A stretch of 64,000 nt of DNA from assembly GCA_016294165.1 (NCBI GenBank), contig JAEDCM010000005.1:68-64067 (forward strand). Reading direction: 5' to 3'. Position 1 is the first letter of the stretch; every line of letters starts with the position of its first letter. The notes under the pieces are model-generated. The model did not search any database. It saw nothing but the letters and a program-made list of their open reading frames with translations, and was not told where the DNA came from. Shown here one piece after another: positions 9,073 through 19,883 of this stretch. Origin of the DNA: Anaeroplasmataceae bacterium (GTDB taxonomy: Bacteria > Bacillota_I > Bacilli_A > Acholeplasmatales > JAEDCM01). Position numbers and translations under genes: made by a program.

Positions 9073-12000
9073 TATTCCGCCTCCTTCTTCTTTTTGAAAA
9101 TTACAAATCCCGGAATTAACGGAATGCCAATCATGATTCCAGCCATCGCAATTTTTCTTACTGTATTAGATGCCGTATCATTTGCTTCTTTTACATTTGT
9201 AAATGCATCATTTACATTTGTGACATATTGATTATATTTTGAAATTAAATCATTGTAATCGTCATTATTTAAAGCAGATCGATCAGATTGATTTGTACGA
9301 CTAATCATTTCTTTAATTTCTTTTAAAGTTTCAAATAAATCTAATCCTTCAACACCATTTGAATTGTTAATCTTTTCATTTACAACATCGACACTTAAAT
9401 ATGTCTTAACATTAAAGCTTAAAGTGTTTGATTCATTATAGTTACTATCCTCTAAAACCTTACAATAAACTGTGTATGTTTGTTCATCATCTAGTTTATT
9501 AGTTTCGCTTACAAAACTAATATTATCAATACTAATAACACAATCACCAACACTATAGAATTTATTATTTCTAACCTCAACAAAGTCAAATGAGAATCCA
9601 TCAATTACTCTATTTGCTTTATTAATGTTAAATGTAACGCTCTTAGTTCCTTGGGCATAAACTGAATCAATTGTAATAATTGCTGTATAATTTCCAGCCT
9701 CTGTTGGAGGAATAATTGAATCATATTCTACACCACCGAAAGTTTCTCCAACATAGTTAACAGTATAATCTAATGTTAAGCTATCATTAATCGTTACAGT
9801 TGGATATTGAATAACTCCATTGTATGTAAATTCAACATTAGAAACAACTATATTATTCTCAGAAACATTCTTCTTAGTAACGCTTAAATTACCATTTACA
9901 ATTTCTTTTATTTCATAATTTGCAGATGATGTAAATGTTGCAGTTATCGCATTTTCATAATCTCCGATGGCAATATAACTACCATCAAGCTTTACTCCAA
10001 TCAAATTAACATCTGTATAATTTACAACATTAGAGTCATTATTTTTTATACCCTCAACTTTAAATGTAATATTATTATTAAATGCTTCCTGATATTCTAA
10101 TTTAGCACTATCAATTAAAATTTGAAGACTAGCTTTTGTAATTGTATATTTAGCATTATTTAATGTGATATTATAATTATCATTTGATGCTGTAATTGTA
10201 ATATCATATTCTCCTACATTTGAAGTGCTTGTAGCTGTTGTAGCTAAATTGATATTTAAATTATCACTACCAATAATACTTCCTGATGTAGTATAATCTA
10301 AATCTACAATAGTATCTCCATATACTGAAGTTTTGTCATTTGCACTAATTGTAATTGCACGTTTTGTAATTGTATATGTAGCATTATTTAATGTAATATC
10401 ATAATTATCATTTGATGCACTAATTGTAATAGGATATGTTCCTACATTTGATGTGCTTGTAGCTTCTGTAGCTAAATTGATATTTAAATCATCATTATTA
10501 AAAATGCTTCCTGATGTAATGTCATAACTTAATGTCGCAATTAAATCTCCATATACTGAAGTTTGATTTTTTGCTGTTAAAGTAATTGCAGCTTTATTCA
10601 TAACAATTTCTTTTGTCGCATTACTTGAAATTACATAGTTTCCATCAGTTATGCTCGCAACAAATTCATAAGTACCAGCATTTTTAAATTCACTAATATT
10701 TAATGTTACTTTTATATCTAAACCGTTTATATCTTTATATTTAGCAGTAACACTTAAAATTTGATTTGTTCCATTATATGTATAAGATTCACTTGCATCC
10801 CATACAATTTCTACACCTTTTTGTTTAATTGTGTATGTAGCATTATTTAATGTGATTGCATAATTATTATTTGATGCACTAATTGTAATAGCATATTCTC
10901 CTACACTTGATGTGCTTAAAGCTTCTGTAGATAAATTGATATTTAAATCATCATTATTAAAAATGCTTCCTGATGTAATATCATAATTTAATGTCGCAAT
11001 TAAATCTCCATATACTGAAGTTTGATTTTTTGCTGTTAAAGTAATTGCAGCTTTATTCATAACAATTTCTTTTGTCGCATTACTTGAAATTACATAGTTT
11101 CCATCAGTTATGCTCGCAACAAATTCATAAGTACCAGCATTTTTAAATTCACTAATATTTAATGTTGCTTCTTTATCTAAACCGTTAATATCTGTATATT
11201 TAGCAGAAACACTTAAAATTTGATTTGTTCCATTATATGTATAAGATTCACTTGTATTCCATACAATTTCTACACCTTTTTGTGTAATTTCATATCTAGC
11301 ATCTTCTAATTTTATTGCATAATTTTCATTTGATGCTGTAATTGTAATATCATATGTTCCTACATTTGAAGTGCTTGTAGCTTCTGTGGATAATTTGATA
11401 TTTAAATTATCACTACCAACAATACTTCCTGATGTAATATTATAATCTAAATCTAAAATTGTATCTCCATATACTGAAGTTTTACCATTTGCTGTTAAAG
11501 TGATTGCACGTTTTGAAACACTAAGATCAAATGTGCTTTCTTTTTCAAAATAATCAGGAGTTTCTGCAGAAATAACTGTTAAAACAAAATCTCCAGATTT
11601 AATGATTGTTAATATATTTCCTGAAATACTAACAACATCATTATTAACTGAATATGTAAATGAAGCCCCTGAATTATTACTGAAATATTCATTTAAATCA
11701 ATACTTGCCCCACCATACTCTAATGAAATATTTCCATCATAAGTTATTGAAGTATCATTTTTGCTTAGTAGAGTAACAGTTTTAAAAGAAACACTTGATG
11801 CATTGTAATATTCGTTTTCTGGGTAATAAACATAAACAGTATATTCTCCACCAACGTCTAAACCTGTAAATGTATTATTATCTTGATAAGTTACTCCATC
11901 CAAACTATATTTAGCATTAATTATATTAATTTGAATAGTTGTAACTCCTAGAATAACCGCATTATCAGCTTCTAAATCTGGTGCTGAAAGTGTTCCTTTA

Positions 12001-15000
12001 TTTATTGTATAAACTGTTGTACTTAACGTAATATTATAGTTTGTATTATTGCTTAAAATTGATAAAACATTTTCACCGATAACTAATTCAGTTGAACTAC
12101 TAATATTAAATACAATATTTAAATCATCACTATTAACAATGTTTCCAGATGTAACATCGTAATTTAAGTTAAATTCTTCACCATAATTTGATACTGGATT
12201 AGTTAAGCTAATTGTAATTGCACGTTTTGTAATTGTATATGTAGCATTATTTAATGTGACATCATAATTAGCATTTGATGCACTAATTGTAATATCATAT
12301 ATTCCTACATTTGAAGTGCTTGTAGCTGTTGTAGCTAAATTGATATTTAAATCATCACTATTAACAATACTTCCTGATGTAATATTATAATCTAAATCTA
12401 CAATTGTATCTCCATATACTGAAGTTTTACCATTTGCACTAATTGTAATTGCACGTTTTGTAATTGTATATTTAGCATTATTTAATGTGACTGCATAATT
12501 ATCATTTGATGCACTAATTGTAATATCATATTCTCCTACATTTGATGTGCTTGTAGCTGTTGTAGCTAAATTAATATTTAAATTATCACTACCAACAATA
12601 CTTCCTGATGTAATATCATAACTTAATGTCGCAATTAAATCTCCATATACTGAAGTTTTATCATTTGCACTAATTGTGATTGCACGTTTTGCTACATCAA
12701 AGCTACATGTTGGGGAGTTTAGCCATACAATATCATTAATATTAAAATTAGAAACGGTCGCAGTATATGTGCCTGCATTGATAATATCTGTTATGACATT
12801 ACTTGAACTATCCTTATATGTAATATCATATGTTTCTCCGCCAAGATATGCACTGAAATCCTCTTCTGTAATCTTTTGTCCATCATACACAGGATTATTA
12901 TTAATAAATTCAATTTCTTTTACCGAAAGAATATGTTTAATTTTATAATTATAATTCGATTTATTTAATAACAATATTGATTTAACCTCATCATCAATAA
13001 CTTGATTATAATATAACGATTTAGTTGTTCCTACATCAATACTATTAGCATTATCAGCACCAATTTGTTCAACGTAATCACCATTTTCATCAAGTGAAAT
13101 AGCTACACCATCTAAAACAAAATTAGTATTATTAGCATAAGTTGAATCAAAATCTAAGGTTAAGTAATTCTTATTACCAGTTAAAACTGATGAAACAGAT
13201 TTTGATGTTCCAATATATCCATAAAGCAATCCAACTTTTGTGTTACCACTGACATTTCCATAATTATTGCTTGATGTTAAAGTAATCGCCCCTTCATAGC
13301 TGTTTTTATTTGAATTTCCACCATAAAAACTTCCTACATTAGTTTTCCCACTAATATTACCATAATTATTACATGAACTTATTGTAATAACCCCATCTGA
13401 ATACTGTTTTACCGCCTCAGAATTAAAAACATTATATACATCTGTGCCTGATGTTAAATTTTTCGGATGCTGAGATATTGAAAGAAGTCCCGATACATAT
13501 GCTTCACCACTAACGTTTGCATAATTGTTGCAGTTATTAATATTAATCTTAACATAACGATAAGGATTAACTGTTGCATATGCAGTAGTTATAAGCACTG
13601 ATTTACTCATTGCCTGACCATCAGGAGTATATGCATCAAACATCGCAACTAATCCTGCAACTCGATCTTTTCCTTTAATATTTCCACTAATATTAATTCC
13701 TTGGATTAATACCTCTTCAAAACTACTTGGTGTATTAATTTGATATGAACCACCTATTTTAAGTTTTTCTCTTGTAAATTGTGCTGCATCACTCGCACAA
13801 GCAATAAATCCAACTAAACGACCTTTTTCAAAGTTCCAATTGACATTAATATTTGAACCTTCTCCAACATAATTTCCTCGAATTGGCTTTAATTCTGTAA
13901 ATCCAAAACCAGTAAAATTAGGTCTTGTTGTCATATCATAATTTGTTGCTGACATATAAACATTTGTATTTAATACATCAACACCAGTCTTATAAAAATA
14001 ACTAGAATTAGTAAATCCACCATTTACCATTTGACTAATGAAATCTAACTCTTCTTCATTACTAGCTGTAACATAAGAAGCAGTAACACCATTATAAGTT
14101 TTATTTGTTCCACTTGTAAATTTTGTTAAAAGGTCTGAACTATATGTATATTCATCTGTTAAATTATCAAAATCAATTGAAGCCGATGCTCTATATAGAG
14201 AATTAGCCTTATCATATGAATGCCATACATAATATCTATTATTTGGACATTTAATCAAAAATGATGCTCCTGTATAATTATGAACAACATCTCCAGTCAT
14301 TGATGAAATATCCGTAATACCATCCACAACTTTAACTTTATAAACAACCTTTACACCAGTCTTTCCAGTAACATCATCAGTATATGCTTCTGAGTTTACT
14401 AGTGAATAATGGTTGCTCTCACAGTTACCAACATTAACAACTGGATTAGAAGTTGCCCCATAAAATATCAAAGTGTAATACGTATAACATTCGGTATATT
14501 CTGCCATTGATCCACATGAAATAGATATGCTAGTACCAATATTTGCTACCGTATCCTTTTGAAAATATCCAAAAAATGCTCCTACATAAGGATAATTATT
14601 ATCATAATTTCCAGTTATTTGTACATTTCCATAATTTGCACAATTTGAATATGTAAAATCAGTTGCATCATTATCAGTACTAGAAGTTTGCCCTTTAGCA
14701 GGCCATCCAACAACGCCACCCGCAAGACATACTGATTTAACAGTACCATAATTAATACAATTAGATAAACTTCCAGTATTAGCGTAGCCAACAATTCCAC
14801 CTGCATTACTTGAAGAACAAGTAATATTAGCATAATTTATGCAGTTAGACATTGATCCATTTAAAAATTTACCCGCAATTCCACCAATGTAAGATCCACC
14901 ATTAATTTCACCTTTAATTATTACATTAGAAATCGTTGCCCCATCACAGCTGACAAATAAACCAGCAGTTGCTTTACTTAATGTAATTGTTTTATTACCT

Positions 15001-15293
15001 CCATCAAACGTTCCTGCAAAATTTTTAATACCTGACCATGAGCTTACTACGATATCTGAAGTAACCAAATAAGAAGCCGTTGCGGATGTCTGGCCATTAA
15101 CAGTCCCTCCACTATTAATAGCTGTTAAAACATTAGTCAAGTCATCACTTGTATTAATTGTGATTTGTCCCGTTGTTTCAGCACCACTAGTTGTAACATC
15201 TGTTGCCTTGATTTTTGTAATACTATTCTTCAAAAAACAGATTGATAAAACAATCAAAACTAAAAGATAAGGAATCTTTCTTATTTTTTTCAT
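9072..15293 (-). CDS. Giant cell-surface protein (2073 aa): signal peptide, GLUG-like repeats, at least 7 MBG (YGX-type) repeats, C-terminal membrane anchor
   Basis: N-terminal signal peptide MKKIRKIPYLLVLIVLSICFL. There are two blocks of N-Y-(A/G)-N-(I/V)-x-G ... GG(I/V)(A/V)G repeats (GLUG-like). It carries repeated units of about 77 aa, KRAITISANxKTSVYGD...NVGxYDITISASNxNY...YTIT. The C terminus has a hydrophobic tail IAMAGIMIGIPLIPGFVIF followed by KKKKEAE and no LPXTG. Confidence 0.9.
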   Translation of the reverse strand: MKKIRKIPYLLVLIVLSICFLKNSITKIKATDVTTSGAETTGQITINTSDDLTNVLTAINSGGTVNGQTSATASYLVTSDIVVSSWSGIKNFAGTFDGGNKTITLSKATAGLFVSCDGATISNVIIKGEINGGSYIGGIAGKFLNGSMSNCINYANITCSSSNAGGIVGYANTGSLSNCINYGTVKSVCLAGGVVGWPAKGQTSSTDNDATDFTYSNCANYGNVQITGNYDNNYPYVGAFFGYFQKDTVANIGTSISISCGSMAEYTECYTYYTLIFYGATSNPVVNVGNCESNHYSLVNSEAYTDDVTGKTGVKVVYKVKVVDGITDISSMTGDVVHNYTGASFLIKCPNNRYYVWHSYDKANSLYRASASIDFDNLTDEYTYSSDLLTKFTSGTNKTYNGVTASYVTASNEEELDFISQMVNGGFTNSSYFYKTGVDVLNTNVYMSATNYDMTTRPNFTGFGFTELKPIRGNYVGEGSNINVNWNFEKGRLVGFIACASDAAQFTREKLKIGGSYQINTPSSFEEVLIQGINISGNIKGKDRVAGLVAMFDAYTPDGQAMSKSVLITTAYATVNPYRYVKININNCNNYANVSGEAYVSGLLSISQHPKNLTSGTDVYNVFNSEAVKQYSDGVITISSCNNYGNISGKTNVGSFYGGNSNKNSYEGAITLTSSNNYGNVSGNTKVGLLYGYIGTSKSVSSVLTGNKNYLTLDFDSTYANNTNFVLDGVAISLDENGDYVEQIGADNANSIDVGTTKSLYYNQVIDDEVKSILLLNKSNYNYKIKHILSVKEIEFINNNPVYDGQKITEEDFSAYLGGETYDITYKDSSSNVITDIINAGTYTATVSNFNINDIVWLNSPTCSFDVAKRAITISANDKTSVYGDLIATLSYDITSGSIVGSDNLNINLATTATSTSNVGEYDITISASNDNYAVTLNNAKYTITKRAITISANGKTSVYGDTIVDLDYNITSGSIVNSDDLNINLATTATSTSNVGIYDITISASNANYDVTLNNATYTITKRAITISLTNPVSNYGEEFNLNYDVTSGNIVNSDDLNIVFNISSSTELVIGENVLSILSNNTNYNITLSTTVYTINKGTLSAPDLEADNAVILGVTTIQINIINAKYSLDGVTYQDNNTFTGLDVGGEYTVYVYYPENEYYNASSVSFKTVTLLSKNDTSITYDGNISLEYGGASIDLNEYFSNNSGASFTYSVNNDVVSISGNILTIIKSGDFVLTVISAETPDYFEKESTFDLSVSKRAITLTANGKTSVYGDTILDLDYNITSGSIVGSDNLNIKLSTEATSTSNVGTYDITITASNENYAIKLEDARYEITQKGVEIVWNTSESYTYNGTNQILSVSAKYTDINGLDKEATLNISEFKNAGTYEFVASITDGNYVISSNATKEIVMNKAAITLTAKNQTSVYGDLIATLNYDITSGSIFNNDDLNINLSTEALSTSSVGEYAITISASNNNYAITLNNATYTIKQKGVEIVWDASESYTYNGTNQILSVTAKYKDINGLDIKVTLNISEFKNAGTYEFVASITDGNYVISSNATKEIVMNKAAITLTAKNQTSVYGDLIATLSYDITSGSIFNNDDLNINLATEATSTSNVGTYPITISASNDNYDITLNNATYTITKRAITISANDKTSVYGDTIVDLDYTTSGSIIGSDNLNINLATTATSTSNVGEYDITITASNDNYNITLNNAKYTITKASLQILIDSAKLEYQEAFNNNITFKVEGIKNNDSNVVNYTDVNLIGVKLDGSYIAIGDYENAITATFTSSANYEIKEIVNGNLSVTKKNVSENNIVVSNVEFTYNGVIQYPTVTINDSLTLDYTVNYVGETFGGVEYDSIIPPTEAGNYTAIITIDSVYAQGTKSVTFNINKANRVIDGFSFDFVEVRNNKFYSVGDCVISIDNISFVSETNKLDDEQTYTVYCKVLEDSNYNESNTLSFNVKTYLSVDVVNEKINNSNGVEGLDLFETLKEIKEMISRTNQSDRSALNNDDYNDLISKYNQYVTNVNDAFTNVKEANDTASNTVRKIAMAGIMIGIPLIPGFVIFKKKKEAE
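10135..12695. repeat. Intragenic array of MBG-type coding repeats (unit about 231-234 bp, interspersed with other Ig-like modules)
   Basis: Seven copies of the KRAIT/KAAIT...SVYGD...YTIT module are readable in the translated giant ORF. Nucleotide identity between some copies is high. Confidence 0.8.
10478..11395. repeat. Tandem duplication, 2 x 459 bp, nearly identical over about 350 bp per copy
   Basis: The string tcattattaaaaatgcttcctgatgtaat...ccatacaatttctacaccttttt occurs at 10492 and again at 10951 (offset 459). It encodes the 153-aa module KGVEIVW...YTYNGTNQILSV...EFKNAGTYEFVASITDGNYVISSNATKEIVMNKAAITLTAKNQTSVYGD. Confidence 0.85.
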
Positions 15294-15308
15294 TTTTTAA
15301 ATCTCCCC

Positions 15309-18248
15309 TCACTCTTTATTGTCATATATCCAATCATAAATCATTCCACTCAGCAAATCATTAGATTGATCTAAAGGTTTAAATGTTGAACGATTATCAA
15401 ATAGATAAAATCTAAACTTTTCACTACCTGCTGCAGCCTCTAGAATTGCTGCATCTTCACTTTCTCTTAAAGCAATTTGATAGTATTTTAATTCTTCACT
15501 TGCATAATCATCAAAATTAATGTATGAATAATTCTTTCCACCACCAAAGATTGAAATAGCGTTATGAACGTAATCCTTACCATTATACACACTAACGATA
15601 TTTTCATACTTGTCCGGATTACTTATTCTAACATCCTTGATTACCTTACTAATATTAAATCTAATATTAAATATACTGTCGCTATCTTCTGGTAATAGGT
15701 TTTCTATCAATGTTGAGCTATCTAAAGCATCAATATCAATCCAATTATAAAATTTAACTTGCCCCTCAAGATTCAATTTTACTCCATAACTTGTTTTTGC
15801 TAAATTAAACCAATATTTTAACATGTCTGGCCCATAACTATAATATGCACCATCAAGCATTGGCCCTGAAAAGTGTGAATCTAATCCAATTGCAAAGATT
15901 CCACATGTCCTAAAAATACAATTCTTAATTGTTAAGAAGGTATTAATATAATCATTATCATATTGTGTTTTATCAGAAATACTATCGGCACTATTGATTG
16001 TCCAAATATTTCCTAGATATCCATCCAAATATGGCGATGGATTAGAATTATTCTCAGCATCATAATTTCCTTCAACAACCTTATTACTTCCAGCACGAAT
16101 AATAAATTCACGAGCATAAGATAATATTGAAGCCTTTACTGAAACATTAATCTTTTCATCTGGATCTTCTGTTCCAAATATACGTAACACATTGCGACCA
16201 TTCATCAAACGAGAATTAATAATATCAACATTATTACCCAAAACCTCAACAGTTGTTCCAACATAATTTAAATGATTTAAATCCTCAACATTATCGCATG
16301 ATTTCAAGATTACATTATCAATGCAAACATTATCTCTAATCGCAAAGGAAATATTGTCTTGTCCCTTAACTGATACCATTGCCGATCCATCTTCAGTTAA
16401 CGCAACAAAATTTAAAGGACCTCTAAATAAGGCACTAGACTTTAGACTTTCAGTTTCATCTAAACCATAGGCGATATTATGAGCATTGATCATAAATCCA
16501 TTTCCATAAACATTTTTTGTAAAATCAACTAAGATCTTAACCTTAGCACTTTCTCTAGCCTCAACTTGCTCTCTTAACGTTAACTCTTGGTTAATATCCA
16601 TTCCTTTCTTTAAACGATAAATATTCTCATAGAATGTACTATCATAGGTAGTAACCATTTCTTTATATATTTTACCATTATAGTTAATTCCAAAATCAGT
16701 TATATCACTTTGGACAACTATCTCATAGCTATTATTTGTCGCATTCATTAAATCACTATAACAATTAACATTTACACCATTTTTAATACATCTAACCTTC
16801 ATCGTTGATTTTGAGTAATAACTACCATTAACCATAAATCCAATAGTTAAATCAACGTATCCATCTTCACAAATGACAAGCTTACCATCTACAAATGAAG
16901 CTATATTATCATTGCTAGATGTCCACTTAAAATATGCATTTTTCACTGAATCACTAACATCGCTCTTTGTACTATATTTTAAAGCGAATGATGTATTAGT
17001 AAACACACCATTTGTAACATCATATTTTCCAATAGCTAGTTCTTCTTTTATTCCATAAGAATTAGTTAGATTATCAATAGTAATAGTGTTAGGATATACA
17101 ATTACATCAATTGTAATTGCCTCCACTGTAAAATTGCTAGCACTAATTGTTAAAGATGTATAACCATAATCTAATCCAATGATTGTCAATTGATCATTAG
17201 CTGATTTTAAAACATTAATTATCGAATCATCATATTCAAGATTATAATCTAAAACAGCATCCTCCGGACTATAATCAAAATTAACTGTGGAATTACCACC
17301 CTTAATCATTGTGACAGAATCCGTATCAGCACTAAAATCAAAAATTTTGCTTGTCTTAGTAATTAAAACCTCTTTTGTAATAATCTCGCTTCCAACTGTT
17401 ACCTTTATAATAACTGATGTTTCTATTTCATCAAGACTACTATCTAAATTAACACGACAACTATAAACATCCCCAACACTCTCAAACACTAAATTCTTTA
17501 CCTTATCATCATAAACAAATTCAATATCATATTCAGATACCACATCGATTGTTGCAGTAAAGCGAACAGTATCAGTAATAGAATATAGATGATCACTGCT
17601 AACGCTAATTGCTCCATTAGACTTAACACTAACCGATAATTCACTGTAGATTTCACTATTTTGATTAGATGTAACTCTAATTATTGATGTTCCCTTTGAT
17701 AAAGCTTTTGCCACACCTTTACTAGAAATACTAATAACATCTGGATTACTGCTTGTGTAGCTAACTGACTTATCTAGCGCATCACTAGGAGTAATAACCG
17801 AACTAAATCGAATTTGATCGCCAATATAAACATTATTTAAATCAGCATCTGCAAAAAGCTTAATGCCACTTACTAATGTTGATGAAACATATACAATCAC
17901 ACTATCCGTATAACCACCATCAACACTTTGAATAGTAACCTTAGCAACCCCATCCGACTTTGGAATAATCCTTCCATTATCAACATCAAGATTAGCTAGT
18001 TTCTCATCACCAACCTGGCTAACACTAAATGAAACATCCTTCTTTTGTGCATTAATAGGATAAATCGCATAATCAATCTGATGAGTCTCATTATCATCAA
18101 GATTTAAATACACTACTTTATCATTTAATATTTCGATTTTGCTGACCGCAACCTCAACGATATTAGAAACTGTTTTAGTAGCGCTAAAAAGTATTAATAT
18201 AGTTAGGATTGGTATAGTTAATATTAAAGCAATTAACTTTTTGGCCAT
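15309..18248 (-). CDS. Membrane-anchored or secreted protein with Big_2 Ig-like domains and a C-terminal beta-helix-like region
   Basis: N-terminal hydrophobic segment MAKKLIALILTIPILTILILF. Big_2-like segments are present (VAKVTIQSVDGGYTDSVIVYV, SVSYTSSNPDVISISSKGVAKALSKGTSIIRVTS). The C-terminal roughly 480 aa are rich in short N/G/V/I repeats typical of right-handed beta-helices. ATG 18248 follows GGGGTGA. Confidence 0.8.
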   Translation of the reverse strand: MAKKLIALILTIPILTILILFSATKTVSNIVEVAVSKIEILNDKVVYLNLDDNETHQIDYAIYPINAQKKDVSFSVSQVGDEKLANLDVDNGRIIPKSDGVAKVTIQSVDGGYTDSVIVYVSSTLVSGIKLFADADLNNVYIGDQIRFSSVITPSDALDKSVSYTSSNPDVISISSKGVAKALSKGTSIIRVTSNQNSEIYSELSVSVKSNGAISVSSDHLYSITDTVRFTATIDVVSEYDIEFVYDDKVKNLVFESVGDVYSCRVNLDSSLDEIETSVIIKVTVGSEIITKEVLITKTSKIFDFSADTDSVTMIKGGNSTVNFDYSPEDAVLDYNLEYDDSIINVLKSANDQLTIIGLDYGYTSLTISASNFTVEAITIDVIVYPNTITIDNLTNSYGIKEELAIGKYDVTNGVFTNTSFALKYSTKSDVSDSVKNAYFKWTSSNDNIASFVDGKLVICEDGYVDLTIGFMVNGSYYSKSTMKVRCIKNGVNVNCYSDLMNATNNSYEIVVQSDITDFGINYNGKIYKEMVTTYDSTFYENIYRLKKGMDINQELTLREQVEARESAKVKILVDFTKNVYGNGFMINAHNIAYGLDETESLKSSALFRGPLNFVALTEDGSAMVSVKGQDNISFAIRDNVCIDNVILKSCDNVEDLNHLNYVGTTVEVLGNNVDIINSRLMNGRNVLRIFGTEDPDEKINVSVKASILSYAREFIIRAGSNKVVEGNYDAENNSNPSPYLDGYLGNIWTINSADSISDKTQYDNDYINTFLTIKNCIFRTCGIFAIGLDSHFSGPMLDGAYYSYGPDMLKYWFNLAKTSYGVKLNLEGQVKFYNWIDIDALDSSTLIENLLPEDSDSIFNIRFNISKVIKDVRISNPDKYENIVSVYNGKDYVHNAISIFGGGKNYSYINFDDYASEELKYYQIALRESEDAAILEAAAGSEKFRFYLFDNRSTFKPLDQSNDLLSGMIYDWIYDNKE

Positions 18249-18260
18249 ACAAATCACCCC

Positions 18261-19883
18261 TTATATTTTATTATAATAATAGTTTACTTTTCTAAAGTAA
18301 AATAAAATACTAAATACCATATACAAACAGATCAATCCAAATGGAAGTGAATATCTTAAAAGCCTTGATATATCCCCTTTTCTAAACAAAATATTCAAAT
18401 AAATTGATAATAGAGAAATACCAATTGAAATAATTAATCCAATCACAATAAACCTTACAGTAGCTCGAGAAGATACATCTTCAGATTGTGTTAGATTTGG
18501 CCGCATCAAATCTAATTTAGTTGAAAACAAAATTGAAGCTAACATAAAGAATACTGAATACGTGAATAACAATAAAATTTTAATAAATCTTAAACCTAAA
18601 AAGGACTTTATAATTACTAAAGATAAACAAATTGATATAAAATTAATCATAAAACAAATCACAATCTTTGATGCAACAAACTGATGAATATTGCAAGGCA
18701 ATGATTTAATATTTAAAAATCCTTTACCCTCACGACTAATGTTTGTTGTAGATGTCGTATTAAGCAATACAACAAACACTAAAATCGCAAACAACGATAT
18801 TTCAAATCCTAAATCCATACCAACTGTACTTCTAACTACCTTATCAAACATTGTCACGCAACAATAAATAACTAGGGGCAAAGCAAGTGATAATGAAAAA
18901 AACTGAAACGTATAATTCGGAGTTCGATAAATTTGAATGAACTCTCTTTCAATCATTGCGGTAAACGGCTTTCTTTCTCTTATTTTTGAATTGATCTTAG
19001 CAATTTTATTTTGCTTAGATGAATACATCAATTTAAAGAATGCTTTTTTCATTATTAAAACTGAAACAGCTACAGAAATAACGCATAAGACAACAACCAT
19101 TATTAAATTCAAAATGAAATTCTTTTGCATCATAATACGTGCAAATAAATTAGCTGGATAAAATATACGATATAATAATCCCATTGTTTTTAAAGTTGCA
19201 TAATTAACAATATATCTAATATTACCAGTTTCTAATAAACGTCTAAAAACATTCAAAAACATTGAATAAACATAAAATGCCCCTGAAATCAATGCTGTAA
19301 AGATAATTCCTGTTAATAAATAACGATGCTTTAATGCATTTATTAAAAATCTAAACGGAAATATTAATATTGAAGCAAACAAAAATATTACACCAGCCAT
19401 CAATATAGAAATTAAAATGGTTAAAAAAACAAAGGTAATTTTGGCTTTTATGATCAAAAACAAAATAAGATTGACCGGAACAATCAAAAGAGCAATCGAT
19501 AGCACTTGAGTAATAAATAATGCCACAATTTTTGAAACGAATATGCTCTCAGGTCTAATCGGAAGTGACAATAGAATATCATTCTTCTTAAATAAAACCT
19601 TATCCAGCCTCAACATTGTAAAGAATACTCCAATCACTAAAATAAAAGCATAATATATCGTGAGTACTTCCATTGATCTTAAAGCAATATTATATTCTCC
19701 ATTAACTTTTACATGAACATAAGTATCAGTAAGTTTATAAAGAATGAAAAAGAAAACTGTTGCCACAAAAATAGTAATTAATGTGGAAAAAATGAAATTA
19801 AATAAATCAAATTCATTAGTCTTTTTTAAACGATAAGTGTTCTTAATCTCATGTTTAACTAACAAACCATCAATCCATAACAT
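18261..19883 (-). CDS. Polytopic membrane protein, probable permease partner of the upstream ABC ATPase
   Basis: 540 aa with about 12 hydrophobic segments. It overlaps the ABC ATPase gene by 14 nt. Confidence 0.7.
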   Translation of the reverse strand: MLWIDGLLVKHEIKNTYRLKKTNEFDLFNFIFSTLITIFVATVFFFILYKLTDTYVHVKVNGEYNIALRSMEVLTIYYAFILVIGVFFTMLRLDKVLFKKNDILLSLPIRPESIFVSKIVALFITQVLSIALLIVPVNLILFLIIKAKITFVFLTILISILMAGVIFLFASILIFPFRFLINALKHRYLLTGIIFTALISGAFYVYSMFLNVFRRLLETGNIRYIVNYATLKTMGLLYRIFYPANLFARIMMQKNFILNLIMVVVLCVISVAVSVLIMKKAFFKLMYSSKQNKIAKINSKIRERKPFTAMIEREFIQIYRTPNYTFQFFSLSLALPLVIYCCVTMFDKVVRSTVGMDLGFEISLFAILVFVVLLNTTSTTNISREGKGFLNIKSLPCNIHQFVASKIVICFMINFISICLSLVIIKSFLGLRFIKILLLFTYSVFFMLASILFSTKLDLMRPNLTQSEDVSSRATVRFIVIGLIISIGISLLSIYLNILFRKGDISRLLRYSLPFGLICLYMVFSILFYFRKVNYYYNKI

